Positions 25,397-38,954 of a stretch of 64,000 nucleotides of DNA are shown here, piece after piece; positions within the stretch are counted from its first letter, which is position 1; each line of letters starts with the position of its first letter. The DNA is from Octopus sinensis (Eukaryota): the NCBI RefSeq assembly GCF_006345805.1, contig NC_043002.1:71734001-71798000 (forward strand). Reading direction: 5' to 3'. Both the position numbers and the translations under genes were made by a program. The notes under the pieces were generated by a model. It saw only the letters and a list, made by a program, of their open reading frames with translations, was not told where the DNA came from and ran no database searches.

Positions 25397-25746
25397 GGAT
25401 GAGACTTAATGGTTCGATTCTAGAAGGAGATTTTTACGTTACCCTTCATGCTTATGTTTCAAAAAGCTTTTGAAGCTTCAATTTACATATCAGACTATCG
25501 TTCGATAGCATAGTAAATATTATAGCTGATAATGTTAAAACTTGACAGAGAAATAAATGTGCATTGTTTGACAAACAGGTGCACATTTATTTCTCTGTCA
25601 AGTTTTAACATTATCAACTATAATATTTACTATGCTATCGAACGATAGTCTGATATGTAAATTGAAGCTTCAAAAACTTTTTGAAACATAAGCATGAAGG
25701 GTAACGTAAAAATCTCCTTCTAGAATCGAACCATTAAGTCTCATCC
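25397..25746. repeat. 350-bp near-perfect inverted repeat (167-bp arms, 16-bp spacer)
   Basis: 25397-25563 is the reverse complement of 25580-25746 with two mismatches. Confidence 0.97.
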
Positions 25747-27034
25747 GTTGTTCTGGGTCTCTTCGGGTACAACAGCAAAAAAGTAGTACTAGAAATTTCT
25801 TTTGTCGGCTTGCTTACTGCTATACTGTATGTATGTGATTGCAAAACAGACGTTTAACTTTAATTTCCATTCACAGTTGCTGGAACCATTGCATTGGGCA
25901 GAATCACTTGCTACCTTAGGACTATTGCCATTGGAAATCTTCCGAAGAAATTCTCAGCTATGCTCATTGAATAAATTTAAATTGCAATAATTATATATTC
26001 ACTGAAAGTAATAAAACTAGGAGAGGGTCTGTTGCTGCCTATATTTATTTTGTCCCTTACTTCACTATCATATCTTTTACAAATATCCAGCGGTGACATA
26101 GCGTGATCTACAACACTTAGAAACACATTTATAATCCATAGTTTGTGTGCTGATGATATTAAGTTGCACACGGGAATAATTCAATGAAAAACAATATAGC
26201 TTGTAAAGAACTAAATATATTCGTCGTCATTTCTATCATTAAAAAATTAAAGTATTTTGAAAATAACCGCAGACAATTTTTTATGAATAAACTAAAAGCA
26301 TTTTAACCCGGAAAATTCTAACGAAAGTAATAACGGGTAAGATAGATAGATATAGATACATACAAACATACATGTACATATATGTAAATGTATATATATA
26401 TTATATATATATATATATTATATATATATATATATATGTATATACATCTATATATATTATATATATGTATATACATCTATATATATTATATATATATATA
26501 CATCTATATATATTATATATATATGTATATACATCTATATATATTATATATGTGTATATATATGTATATATATATGTGTGTATATATATATATATATTAT
26601 ATATATATATATATATAATATATATATTATATATATATTATATATATGTATATACATATATATATATATATTGACGTAATTTTAGGTTTTCTTTCTCCTA
26701 ACTATCATATACTCCTTGTAATACTTTGCTGAGATTCTTTTTTGTCCGTTTTTTTCACAGAAACACATTACCATATAATTTTAAAATTATTCAACTCTTT
26801 AGTAACTCAGCAATTTTATTTTGCATTATTTTGCAAAAATTTTAATATATCAGTTTTTACTTTTCTGTCATAGTGCAGATAAGTTGGCGCCTAAAGATAA
26901 TTGACTATAACGCCCCACATGAAGTTAGAAATGATTTCTTAAGTTTCGAAATGGATATAGCGTTATGATAATAAATACATAAAATGGAGACGGATTTTCA
27001 CCCACATACATGCAGTATCTGTTCGTGCATATGT

Positions 27035-27097
<63 letters not shown>

Positions 27098-27369
27098 AGA
27101 GAAAGAAAGAAAGAAAGAAAGAAAGAAGAAAGAAGAAAGAAGGAAAGAAATTCTGTGTGTGAGTGAGAGACAGATAGGGAGAGGGTGATTGTGTGAGTGT
27201 GTGTATGCATACATGCGTCTGTGTGTGTTGTACGAGCGCACACACACACGCATGTATGTCTAGGGTGTAACCACGTTAGTGCACAAATTTACTTATATGT
27301 GATGTCATTTATTTATAAATGGGCATTTGTGATGGTAAGTAATTCAAATGTGTTTGAATTTGTACGTAA

Positions 27370-27405
<36 letters not shown>

Positions 27406-27431
27406 TCCATATTACATAAAGAAATATTTAT

Positions 27432-28545
27432 ATCACCTTGATCACCTTGACCGACCAGTTTGTCGAGCGTCCATTTGACACCGCTGGTCACAGCACGCTG
27501 TCCACTCTTCTCTGGATAGCGCCTTCCTCATCCACGTGATGCCAATCGCCCTCCTAAAGTCGTAACTCCACTGTCATTGAGACCTTCCGAGTGGTCATTT
27601 CTGCTCGCGCGCGTACCACTCGACAACCGCGCGGGTGCACCGATTACCGGTGAACCGGGAGACGTGTCCAGCCCATCTAAACTTGCTGCGTGCATATTCT
27701 ACGATGATATCCCTCACGCTGGACTTCTGTCTGATGACCTCGCTACTGATGTGCTCTCTCAACGAGATTCCAAGCATTGACGTCTCCATGGCTCTTTGAG
27801 CCGTTACCAATCTTTGCTCTTCTTTTTGTTATAGCACTTGTTTCACTACCATACAACATTGCAGGTAGAACTGTGCTAGTGATGAGGTTGGCGCGGGTGG
27901 TTCTGTCCAACCTTCCCTTGAGTACATCCCTTATGCCATTAAACGCCTTCCATCCGGCCCTTACTCTCCGCGAGATCTCCTTTTCGATATCTCGGCACAT
28001 ATTCACTTCCTGTCCCAGGTAGACATATTCCTTTACCTCCTCTATTTCATCATTGCTGACCACCATTCGACCTGTTGGTACGTTGTCAGACCGCATGAAC
28101 TTCGTTTTCATGCGGTTCATCTTGGTACCTACTGCAGAGCTTTTGATGTGAAGCTCCGTCAGCATGGTCCGAAGCTAATCCGTGGTTTAAGCGATGATTT
28201 CGATGTCATCAGCGAAACAGAGGTGGGTGCGTAGCTTGCCATTGATGTTGACACCGCCTTGCCAGTCGATGCCTCTGATGATCTGCTCGAGACATGTGGT
28301 GAAATGCTTTGGAGAGATCGCATCTCCTTGCTTCACTCCCTTCTCGACCGGCACTCGTACGGGTGATGACAGCAGAGCTATGTCGGTGGTGCATCCGGAA
28401 TTTGCCTCTCTGAGCAGTTGCACATATTGTGCCTCGAATCCTTGCCTCCGCAGCGAATTCAACACTGCGCTGGTTTCGACGCTGTCGAAGGCTTTCTCAT
28501 AGCCGTCAAATGCAACGTATAGAGGCAGCTTGTATTCATTCGCTC
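27432..28545 (-). mobile_element. RTE-clade LINE, 5'-truncated and frameshifted
   Basis: GVKQGDAISPKHF, LCFADDI, YVYLGQ, VLPAMLYGSET and KFRWAGHV. The tail is a repeated CAAGGTGAT. Confidence 0.92.
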
Positions 28546-28708
28546 ATAATGGAAAAATTATACACAATGTATAAATAGATGATGAGTAAATCACCGGCAC
28601 AGTTTAGGTTACCTGTTGTTATCCATTTATATAATCCAGGAACTTCGCAGTGATGGTTGGGGTAATAGTATTAATAAAGTATGAGATGGAATGTGTAGTA
28701 GACTTTAT

Positions 28709-28760
28709 TGAGTACGACACATGTTTCGACTCGTCGTTCTGGCTCTCTTCGGGTACATCA
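28709..28760 (-). ncRNA. minimal type I hammerhead-like motif (U4C, weak stem II)
   Basis: tgatgtac-CCGAAGA-ga...tc-GAAA-c-atgt-g-TC-gtactca, followed by AATAAA. A truncated sister copy at 25747-25830 restores a gac/gtc stem II start. Confidence 0.55.
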
Positions 28761-29070
28761 GCAACAAGTAGTACTAGAAATTTCTTTTGACGGCTTGCTT
28801 ACTGCTATATGTCCATAAAATTTGAGAGTGAATTGAAGCAAAGAAAAGTTATTCAAACGCAAAAAATTCAAATATGAACGTGGAAAGTATACGTTCCAGT
28901 TAGATGAAATGATGCAATCAACTTCCGCTGTTCACTCAGATGTACACATAAATAAATATATATTTATGTAGGTACACACATATACACATATACTCACATA
29001 CATATATATATTAATACATATATATATATATATACATATATACATATATATATTAATACACACATATATA

Positions 29071-29112
<42 letters not shown>

Positions 29113-29165
29113 TTATATACATATATATATATCAATATACATACATATATAACATATAATATATA

Positions 29166-29227
<62 letters not shown>

Positions 29228-29430
29228 GGATAGAGAGATTGATAGATAGATTCTATAATTAGATGTCCAAATACAAGTTGTTTGAATACTGTTCCTTAAG
29301 TTCAGTTGGATTAATGAGTGTTGCGGGTGTTATGTTTACATTGGTTATGTATGGTCAGGATCGTAATATGTGAATGTGTTTAGCTGCGCGTAGGCAACTG
29401 GATAGTCCTTCATTGAATATATTTATATAT

Positions 29431-29655
29431 TTCTTTACTACCCACAAGGGGCTAAACACAGAGGGGATAAACAAGGATAGACAAACGGATTAAGTCGATT
29501 ACATCGACCCCAGTGCGTAACTGGTACTTAATTTATCGACCCCGAATGAATGAATGGCAAAGTCGACCTCGGCGGAATTTGAACTCAGAATGTAACGGCA
29601 GACGAAATACGGTTACGCATTTCGCCCGGCGTGTTAACGTTTCTGCTAGCTCGTT
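29431..29655 (-). mobile_element. SINE S1
   Basis: Reverse complement of the S1 consensus seen elsewhere in the window. Confidence 0.9.
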
Positions 29656-29941
29656 AACATTATTCACAGTGACACTTCAAAACAGATGGCATTTCTGGGA
29701 TATAATGCTGTAGAGACTAGCATGTCTAAGTATGGACAAGTTATGATCTATTTTGTCCTTGTTTCCTTAAGCCTCCATATACAATCAGCCAGTGGTATCA
29801 CGTGTCGCTTAAGGATATTTCGAAAGCTCGCCATGTGGTTGCAATAACGATTGTTGGAAAAATCAGCCAATGCCTCGATACAAACGTAGGGGCCTCTTCT
29901 AAAGTTTATTGTGCACTAATATACCGCATTCTTGGTCATAC

Positions 29942-29987
29942 ATTGGATATCCAAAGGACAACTGGATCTGTCCCTGCATGAGCATCA
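29942..29987 (-). CDS. candidate 46-nt exon (H/DAHAGTDPVVLWISN)
   Basis: ctaataaaatcag|TGATGCTC...TCCAAT|gtatga. Phase 2 to 0, compatible with both neighbours. Confidence 0.45.
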
Positions 29988-30033
29988 CTGATTTTATTAG
30001 CATGCATACATAGAGTACTATATATACAGATTA

Positions 30034-30064
<31 letters not shown>

Positions 30065-30344
30065 AGAGGGAGCTATAAAGATTGATAGATAGATGCATAC
30101 ATACATGCACAATACAAACATAACGTCTTTCATACAAACATGCATTCATTCCTTCATACATAATACATACATATGTACATACATAATGTATACATACATA
30201 CATACATACATACATACATACATACATACATACATACATACATACATACATACATACATACATACATACATACATACATACATACATAAATACAAGTTCA
30301 GGTTTATATTTGTAATTATTGGGGCACTGGCATATATAACATAC

Positions 30345-30429
30345 TGCCAAAATGCCAATCTTGTGAAATTGGATTTCTCAAAACCAGAAAGGTGAAAGCA
30401 GATTTGAGGATTATAGATGCAAGTCATCA
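30345..30429 (-). CDS. candidate 85-nt exon (MTCIYNPQICFHLSGFEKSNFTRLAFW)
   Basis: ttaatattttcag|TGATGAC...TTGGCA|gtatgt. Open only in phase 1. Complex sequence between microsatellites. Confidence 0.5.
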
Positions 30430-30711
30430 CTGAAAATATTAACATTTGTAAAACTTTCCAGAAATTATTCAAATATATATCTGCATGTCTAGATATGCAA
30501 CTATATGCATGAGAATACTACGTAAAAAAAGACATAAACATCTGCGTACATACATACATGCATACATACATACATACAAAAATACCATATTAATGTTGTT
30601 TAAATTCCAATGAAGGAGATTTATATTTAGGTTAGAAACCGGCCCTGTCTCTATTAGTAAGAAATCTTGAAATAAAACTGAATATTAATATATACATAGA
30701 TATTGTGTGAG

Positions 30712-31050
30712 ACCGTTACGTTCTGAGTTCAAATTCCGCCGTGGTCGACTTTGCCTTTCATCCTTTCGGGGTCGATGAATTAAGTACCAGTTATGCACTG
30801 GGGTCGATATAATCGACTTAATCCGTTTGTCTCTCCTTGTTTGTCCTCTCTGTGTTTTGCCCCTTGTTGGTAGTAAAGAAATAGGTATTTCGTCTGTCTT
30901 TACGTTCTGAGTTCAAATTCCACCCAGGTCGGCTTTGCCTTTCATCCTTTCGGGGTCGATAAATTAAGTACCAGTTGTGTACTGGGGTAGATCTAATCGA
31001 CTACTCCCTCCCCCAAAATTTTGGACCTTGTGCCTTGAGTAGAAAAGAAT
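30712..31050 (+). mobile_element. composite SINE S1 with duplicated body
   Basis: Same architecture as 8641-9040. Confidence 0.9.
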
Positions 31051-31613
31051 ATGACTGAAACGAAAAATGAGATAGTGACAACACGAATCTTTCCTAGCTT
31101 AGATGTGTCCAGTAAGGGTAGAACTGGAATTATTTAGCTAAGAAAGCAGTGTTAAGCTAAGAAAATAGTATTAAGCTACGAATTTTTAGAATGCTTGATA
31201 ACGGAATAGCATATCTGTGTACTATTGCTTAATGATTAAATAATAAGCGATAGAAGCGATTAATTAAAAACCGTTAATATAATTCTAAAATAAATATTCT
31301 TAAAACTTTTGCAAACGAAGAAGTACGATGAAATTGCAGATTAAACAGAGAGTGGGGGAATGTATTTGCATTAATTCTCAGCAATGAGAGATTCACTTTA
31401 AACTTCTGCTGAAATCTAGAATCATATTAGTTATTAGTTTTGTAGGTTTGGATTCTTACAATTTCTAGTTGTTCGAACGAATAACTGTTGTAAACTTTCT
31501 TTACATAAAAAAAAAAACAGAAATATGTTAAGAAATTTTCTTGACAAATCAATAATAACGAATTTTGTGATTATAGTAAAACAGAATATATTTGTTTTAT
31601 AAATCAAATAACC

Positions 31614-31678
<65 letters not shown>

Positions 31679-31999
31679 AACAAAACTAAAAACAAATTGC
31701 TTCATTTATAAAGAATCGGAAATGAACATTATATAGCTGAATCCAATAATATTTTGTACTTGTTTTCTTTCCTTTTTCTATTGAGAGTTCTATATTTTTT
31801 AAGTCAAATTTCTAATCCTATACATCACAGCAAGAGAAGATATATGAGGAAAATTGCATTAAGTATATAAAACAATATAATATATTTCAATGCGCAACTC
31901 ACTTGCGAACGTGCACGATATGATGAATAATACATCCACCATACACACATGCAATACAAACACATGTAACGTCACTCTCCTGCACACATACGCACGTTC

Positions 32000-32032
<33 letters not shown>

Positions 32033-32279
32033 CGTGATATATGTATATCTATGCACGTATATATATATATATCGTGATAAATGTATATCTATGCACGTAT
32101 ATATGTATGTATATATATATACACAAATCTATGCAGACTTAAATGCTACTCACGAATATACATAAATACAGATACACATATACACGCATACACATATATA
32201 CACGCATACACACATATACATGCATAAACATATATACATGCAGACATAAATGCGTACATCAGTATGTATGTGTGATCTC

Positions 32280-32354
<75 letters not shown>

Positions 32355-32545
32355 TATATATACATATATATATATATTGTAACGATATGCATTAAAAGTA
32401 TACAAACATCTCACTGCCACTGATAATGTGGGCAAAAACGAATGCATCCATTTGCACACATACACGTATATATCGAAGGTACTGAGTCTATATGCTGATG
32501 CACATTAATAACAAGCGGATATACACGCGTATGTATATACATATA

Positions 32546-32644
<99 letters not shown>

Positions 32645-33859
32645 ATATATATATCATATATATATATATATTTCAGTACATATATATACTATATACTAAT
32701 ATATATATATATATATATATTTCAGTATATATATACATATATATATATACATATATATATGTAGACATATCTTATGCATGAATGTATGTCTGTATGTATG
32801 TGTGTAGCTATAGATATTTATAGAAATATAATCGAAAAACATTAAAAACTAAGTACAAGTTTATTCAGCTGGATGGCATATATTCGGCATATGTCTATTT
32901 GAAATATGTATATTTATGAAAAATATGAACAAAAGCAAACAAATCTGAAAGAAACAAAACAGAAACTAAGAAAGATTAGACAAAATGTTCGTTGGAAATG
33001 AATGTAAAACGATGGAAAATAGAAAATGATAACAAAAGTCTCCTGTGGAAACTTTAATGAAACGAAAGATGACACGGCTCTCATGAACAAAAGCAATATG
33101 TTATGAAGCATTAACCATTTCAAACTTGTATAGAATTTACCGTTTGCTATCAGTACAAACTTCTATAAAAATTACAAAACATTCAGAGCCTCTTAACTAA
33201 CCTGTATTATGTGAGGTGGTTTATCATAGTTTTATTGTAGTAACTATTCACCAATAGGACGACTGATTATGCAGACGACTGGGTTGTTGCCTCTATTGCA
33301 TGCATTCTGGAACCACAGTATTTGTTCCCCTTCAAATACACACACATAAATAATGACATATATATATATATACGTATGCACACACGCATGCCTATATGTA
33401 TGTGTGTGTGCGCATAGTTATATATGTATGTATATATGCATATGTATTTAAGGATTGAGCAGTTCATCTGCTTTGGCATATTTGTTTGACTATGTGCATG
33501 TTATTATATACGTATGTGTGTTTGTGCTTTTCGAATGTAGATGTTTGTCGCTATATATTACAAACATATTTCAAACATTCAAAATCAATGCATCGACAAC
33601 ATTTCAAACCTGCAAGCAGCAGAATAAAATTTAGATGTAAACATGAAAGTTATAAACTCGAAAAATTTAGAAGTTATGCGAAACGGAGAAATAGCAAAGT
33701 TTCTTGCCGGCTGATCGTGCATATAGATGCGTCTACATCATTGAAACACTATAATTCTCAATACAAAAAATAACTTGATCAAAACAACAAACGTTGATAA
33801 CCTTACTCTATAGATGATTCACCTCACTTCCTTATCACGAAATTCGAAAATTTAATCAC

Positions 33860-34420
33860 AGATCCACAATTCTCTTCCTCTTGTCTATTGTCATATGATA
33901 TAGTAGGCCATTGCTGGAAGTATCCCGGTTCGAGCGTCTTCTATCTTCTCCTGCTTCTTGCCATTCTTGTCCAAACTGGTCATTTACCTCCTCTTCTCGC
34001 CTTGATATTTTCTTCCGTGAAGGCGGTGAGATTGCGGAATCGTTAGCTCGCAGAGGTAAGTGTTTAGAAGCATTTCGTCCGTGTTTAAGTTCTGAGTTCA
34101 ATTGTCACTGAGATTCATTTCCCTGTCAATTCAGGATCGATAAAATGTGCACCAATCAACTAGTCCCTCCCCACGAAAATTATTGACCTGTTTTGCAGAA
34201 TTTGAAACCTGTATACTCTTTCATACCGTCCTCCCGTCTTCCTTTTGGAGTTTCTCCACCTCAGCCCCTCTGAAGGAATCCTATATATATTTGTTCACGT
34301 TCTTCAGTTGTCTTTTGTTTCGACTTAAGGACACGTCCAACTACACATTCCTTTCCTCGTTCTTGAAGACTAGAAACTCCCTAACGGAGAAAGTAGATTT
34401 TTAAAGGTACCTCGGTCAGA
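33860..34420 (-). mobile_element. degenerate RTE-like 3' fragment interrupted by an S1 SINE (about 34018-34212, +)
   Basis: Remnant WTRMARSRRR*KTLEPGYFQQW resembles LINE ORF2 C-termini. Confidence 0.55.
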
Positions 34421-34427
34421 TAGCTAA

Positions 34428-34812
34428 CGTGGCTATGTGGTAAGTAGCTTGTTTACCAACCACATGGTTCCGGGTTCAGTCCCACTGCGTGACACCTTGG
34501 GCAGCTGCCTTCTACTATAGCCTCGGGCCGACCAAAGCCGTATGAGTGAATTTGGTAGACGGAAACTGAAAGAAGCCCGTCGTATATATGTATGTATGTG
34601 CGTGTATATGTTTGTGTATCTGTGATTGTCACACAACATCGCTTGAGAACTGATTCTGGTGTGTTTACGTCCTCGTAACTTAGTGGTTTGGCAAAAGAGA
34701 CCGATAGAATAAGTACTAGTCTTACAAAGAACAAGTCCTGGGTTCGATTTGGTCGACTAAAGGCTTTGTTCCGTCATGGCAGCAGTCAAGCGACTGAAAC
34801 AAGTAAAAGAGT
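34428..34812 (+). mobile_element. SINE S2
   Basis: Homologous to 5520-5920. Confidence 0.9.
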
Positions 34813-35079
34813 ATGTCAGATACAGAATAAGAGCTGAAAACAGAAGCAAAAGTGTGAAATTATTTCAAAAAGCACAACATATTCCCCGACAAAATATTAT
34901 TGTTATAATTGAAAAGAAAAATGTTTACCCAATGTATGTTTCCATCCGTAGTGTTTGCGGAGCGAAACATGTGAGGTGAACTAGAGAAAGAGAAAGGAAA
35001 AACAATGAAAGGATGAATCTGAAAAATACTGAATAATACGTTGAATCAGATAAGAAATAAAGCAGCAGTTAGAGATGTA

Positions 35080-35565
35080 CCTTAAATTCTCGAGTATAGT
35101 TCGCCCTTGAGTATAATACGCAGGGGAATTTTAGGGAGCTGTACCTCTGAAAAACCTAAACATTGTATATAATACGCACCCCTTCTCTAACTTGAGTCAA
35201 GGAGGTCTATATAACGTCCTTGGTTTGTAAAAATGTATACGGTAACGTCATTTATCATTATTGTGTATATAACATAATGCACACGTGTAGCTTTTTTGTG
35301 CATTTTGTTTGCAGAAAATAAAGAAATAACAGTAATAACAGTAATAACGTTTAATAAATGTTGCTTACTGCAAGTTATGGATGATTTAAGGTATTTTCGC
35401 GCCCGACATCACAAAATGCGTCTGAATAAACATTGCCGAACAGCAAATAGAGACTCGAACATTGCTTAGGAAATATGCTTCATTTTTAACCTCGTATATA
35501 GTACGCACTAGGGATTTTGACCTTTAAATTTTGGGAAAAAATGCGGATTATACTCGAGGATTTAC
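35080..35565. mobile_element. Tc1/pogo-type MITE
   Basis: TA|CCTTAAATTCTCGAGTATAGTTCGC ... GCGGATTATACTCGAGGATTTAC imperfect TIRs, with repeated internal GTATA.TACGCA motifs. Confidence 0.7.
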
Positions 35566-36114
35566 TCCAAGAGTCAAGGTTAATATCACAATATAACAGA
35601 AAACAAATACACAGGTACCAAGCAGATTGGAAAATAATAGTGCCAACAGCCCACCCTTTCAAAATCATTACTCTTAATCTAAGGAATAGTTTTTGAGCAC
35701 ATGACATTGAAAATATTAACTCGTACATAACTATATAACACAAGACTATATGACCAAATTATTTTAGGATTACTGAAAGGAATTGGACGGCAGCAATGGA
35801 AATTAATTTCAGTTAACATGATAACGAATGCGCACAACGCCACCATTCATGTGAATAGACACAACGCCACCATTCACGTGATTTCTGTTAGACGATAAAA
35901 CAGCAATAATAAATAACACTGAAGTGATTTCATCGACACGATAATATCGATATTAGTATTGATGGGTTTTGGAAATATATTGTTTCAAACAAAACACAAA
36001 ACAGTATCAAGGAAAATAATTGTTTTCCACAATATTTATATATGTGTGTGTTCGTATGTGTGTGTGTGTAAGTTGTGTGTGTTCATGTTTGTGTGAGTGC
36101 GTATATCTATATTT

Positions 36115-36146
<32 letters not shown>

Positions 36147-36155
36147 TTACATATA

Positions 36156-36697
36156 TCTATTATATAAAATCCGTTCTGTCTGTCTGTCTGTGTGTTTTCT
36201 CGGATCTCGGGCATCCTCCATCCGATTGCGCTCAAATTTGATATGTAGATACCGACGGTATCAGGGCGTCTATAAGTTTTGAAAAAAATACAAAAATCGA
36301 TTCCAGGTGAAAATGCGATCGATAAAGCTGTGGGAACGTGCATTTTTACGCGGAAGTACATCAGCTGTTGCGATCGATACTACGCGTACGCGAGAAAATT
36401 GCACATGCTGTTTGCGCCAAAAAAATCACAAAATGCAGTATATTTAAGAGACCAAAAAAGTAAGATGGAAAAGAGATATTTTCTTCAAACTTGGCATGAA
36501 GGAAGGAAAGACTATTTAGTTTCTCAAGAAGTTTCTTTTTTTTTTTTGCTTTAATTTCGTTTAACAAAACCAAAAATTTTATTGAAATAAAGGAATGCTT
36601 AATTATTTTTTAATGAAAAGAAAACACTGATTGCTTTTTATTTAGCAGATGTGATTCAGCACCGTCCATTGGACGGTGGGGGGGGGAGTTTTGCTCG
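36156..36697 (+). mobile_element. non-autonomous Helitron-like element
   Basis: A|TCTATTATATAAAA start with a (CTGT)n run, 3' hairpin CACCGTCCA-T-TGGACGGTG (36660-36678), and CTCG|T end. No TSD. Confidence 0.65.
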
Positions 36698-37181
36698 TAT
36701 ACATATATGTATGTATGTATTTACGTACGTACGCCCTCCCTCTTCTTAGTCTTTTACTAGTTTCCGTGATTGAACAGAGGCCATGCTGGATTACTCTTAG
36801 AAGGTTTAGGCAATGAAATAGTACGTTATGCTTTATTGCATAAGTGTTATACTTAGTCTATCGATCGCCAATTTTTCAGAAACGCCTAGTTACAAAGACA
36901 TAAGTACAACATTAGGTGTCAAACTGTATCACGTTTGTACATGCACATAGACCAAGGACGCACACATACACCCACATATGGATATACTTCCATAATATAC
37001 ATGTGTGTGTATGTGTGTGCGTGAGTGTAGGTTTTTTTGACACAAATAGGAAGATAAACATCAAAATGTGAGTATATTTATATATTGTTGTTCTTAATAA
37101 TCAGTAGACATTACAGAGTGACTTAAAGGCCATGTGTACTGTAAATATGTGTGTGTCGATATGTATGCATGATTATATGTA

Positions 37182-37234
<53 letters not shown>

Positions 37235-37255
37235 GTATATATGTATATATATATG

Positions 37256-37289
<34 letters not shown>

Positions 37290-37541
37290 ATATGTATATA
37301 TATATATGTATATATGTATATATATATATATGTATATATATATTATATATATATATGTATATATATATATATGTGTGTATATATATATATATGAATATAT
37401 GTATATATATATATATATGTATATATATGTATATATATATGTATATATGTGTGTATATATATATATATATATTAATTGATCGTTGTTATATAACGTTATT
37501 ATATATATTATATATATATATATTTATATATATATATAAAC

Positions 37542-37618
<77 letters not shown>

Positions 37619-37622
<4 letters not shown>

Positions 37623-38256
37623 CATATCAAAGGGAATTTAATTAAAGTTAAAAACATTCAATCAAAAATACATTTCCAGTGGTCCAACGCGTAAAAAATT
37701 TTAGTCAAAAAGACTATATATTATATTAGTCATACGATATAGTGTATATCTAAATACATAGATAATCCACTTATAGGGATTCTACGCGCTAGGAAGAACA
37801 GCCAAATTCTATAATCGGGGATAAGATTCGAAAGGAATGAATTTGGAAATTAAAAACATTTACCGTCTAGATTCCTGGACCAATTGGTTTCTAATCTTCT
37901 TTTAGCGAGTCATAGAGAGCTTACAAGGTCTGATTTTCGTCAGCGGGAACCAACCTATCTACACGAGACAAAATATGCTACCTGTCTCGTGTACATACGA
38001 CCTAACTTTTCAAATTTTCTGCGCAATCGCAGTCCATTCGTTGACTACGATAAACCGCCAACTTTTAACCGAAAATTATCCAAACATTTGCAGTATTCAA
38101 TCATATCAAAGGGAAATGGATTCAATCAAAAATTACAATTCCAGTGGTCCAACGCGTAAAAAATTTTAGTCAAAAAGACTATATATTAGTCAGTCATACG
38201 ATATAGTGTATATTTAAATACATAGAGAATCCTCTGATAGGGATTCTACGCGCTAG
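37619..38256 (-). mobile_element. 1.35-mer tandem unit (period about 479 bp) carrying a hammerhead; retrozyme/pLTR-like family A
   Basis: 37619-37792 is repeated at 38098-38256. Starts at a (TA)n edge. Hammerhead at 37870-37951. Confidence 0.65.
37870..37951 (-). ncRNA. type I hammerhead ribozyme with long stem II
   Basis: ggttcccg-CTGACGA-aaatc...gatta-GAAA-cc-aatt-gg-TC-caggaatc. Core intact, stem I 7 of 8 pairs, palindromic stem III (ACCAATTGGT), GUC cleavage triplet. Confidence 0.7.
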
Positions 38257-38589
38257 ATAATGTTTCGTTCCTTTAAGAACATAGTAGAACGAAGACATTT
38301 CACAGATTAGAAATTAAAACCTAATCTTTATAGAAATTTATTATTTCAAGAAAACATTGAATTTCAATTACTTTTAATATTTACGAGTACAGATAATAAC
38401 TCGGACAGTAACTTTTGAGCCCGAACTGGGCCCGAATGAACGATGTCGAGAGAACGTCTGCTACGAATGATACTTTTTGGCTCAGGGCATATTTAAGACG
38501 ACCGCCCGATGCTGAAGGTAAATAAATTACCTGGAACCAGGCTCAATAAAACGGGCCCGAGTTATTGACTAGTGCCGGAATCGCTACTG

Positions 38590-38640
<51 letters not shown>

Positions 38641-38908
38641 ATAGCAATTAAGGACAACTACTTAATAAGGAAAACTTAACAAGAAATTGTCAGGTAGATA
38701 GCGTGAAAACCTCATAAGAGAATAAATTTCGAAAATAATTATTTCTTATTGAACATATTAATTTATATAGAGGGCATTATACATACATGCAGAGAGCATT
38801 ATACATACATGCCACACGCTAAGAGGGACAATTAGTCATTTCTACCAAAAATATTACTAATCTGCCGAATGCATGCAATTTTTCAAAATAAGACATTTAA
38901 AAAATATA

Positions 38909-38954
38909 GACCTGTATCACAGTGATTTCATACTTACGTATTCATCAGCAGGCC
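38909..38954 (-). ncRNA. type I hammerhead ribozyme, intact
   Basis: ggcctg-CTGATGA-atac-gtaa-gtat-GAAA-tca-ctg-tga-TA-caggtc: 6-bp stem I, 4-bp stem II with GNRA loop, short stem III, AUA cleavage triplet. Confidence 0.9.

Noticed and set aside
25840-26170. Possible exon or RT remnant (CADDIKL, LGLLPLE)
   Set aside because: The motifs are short, out of normal order and interrupted by stops, so they cannot be assigned.
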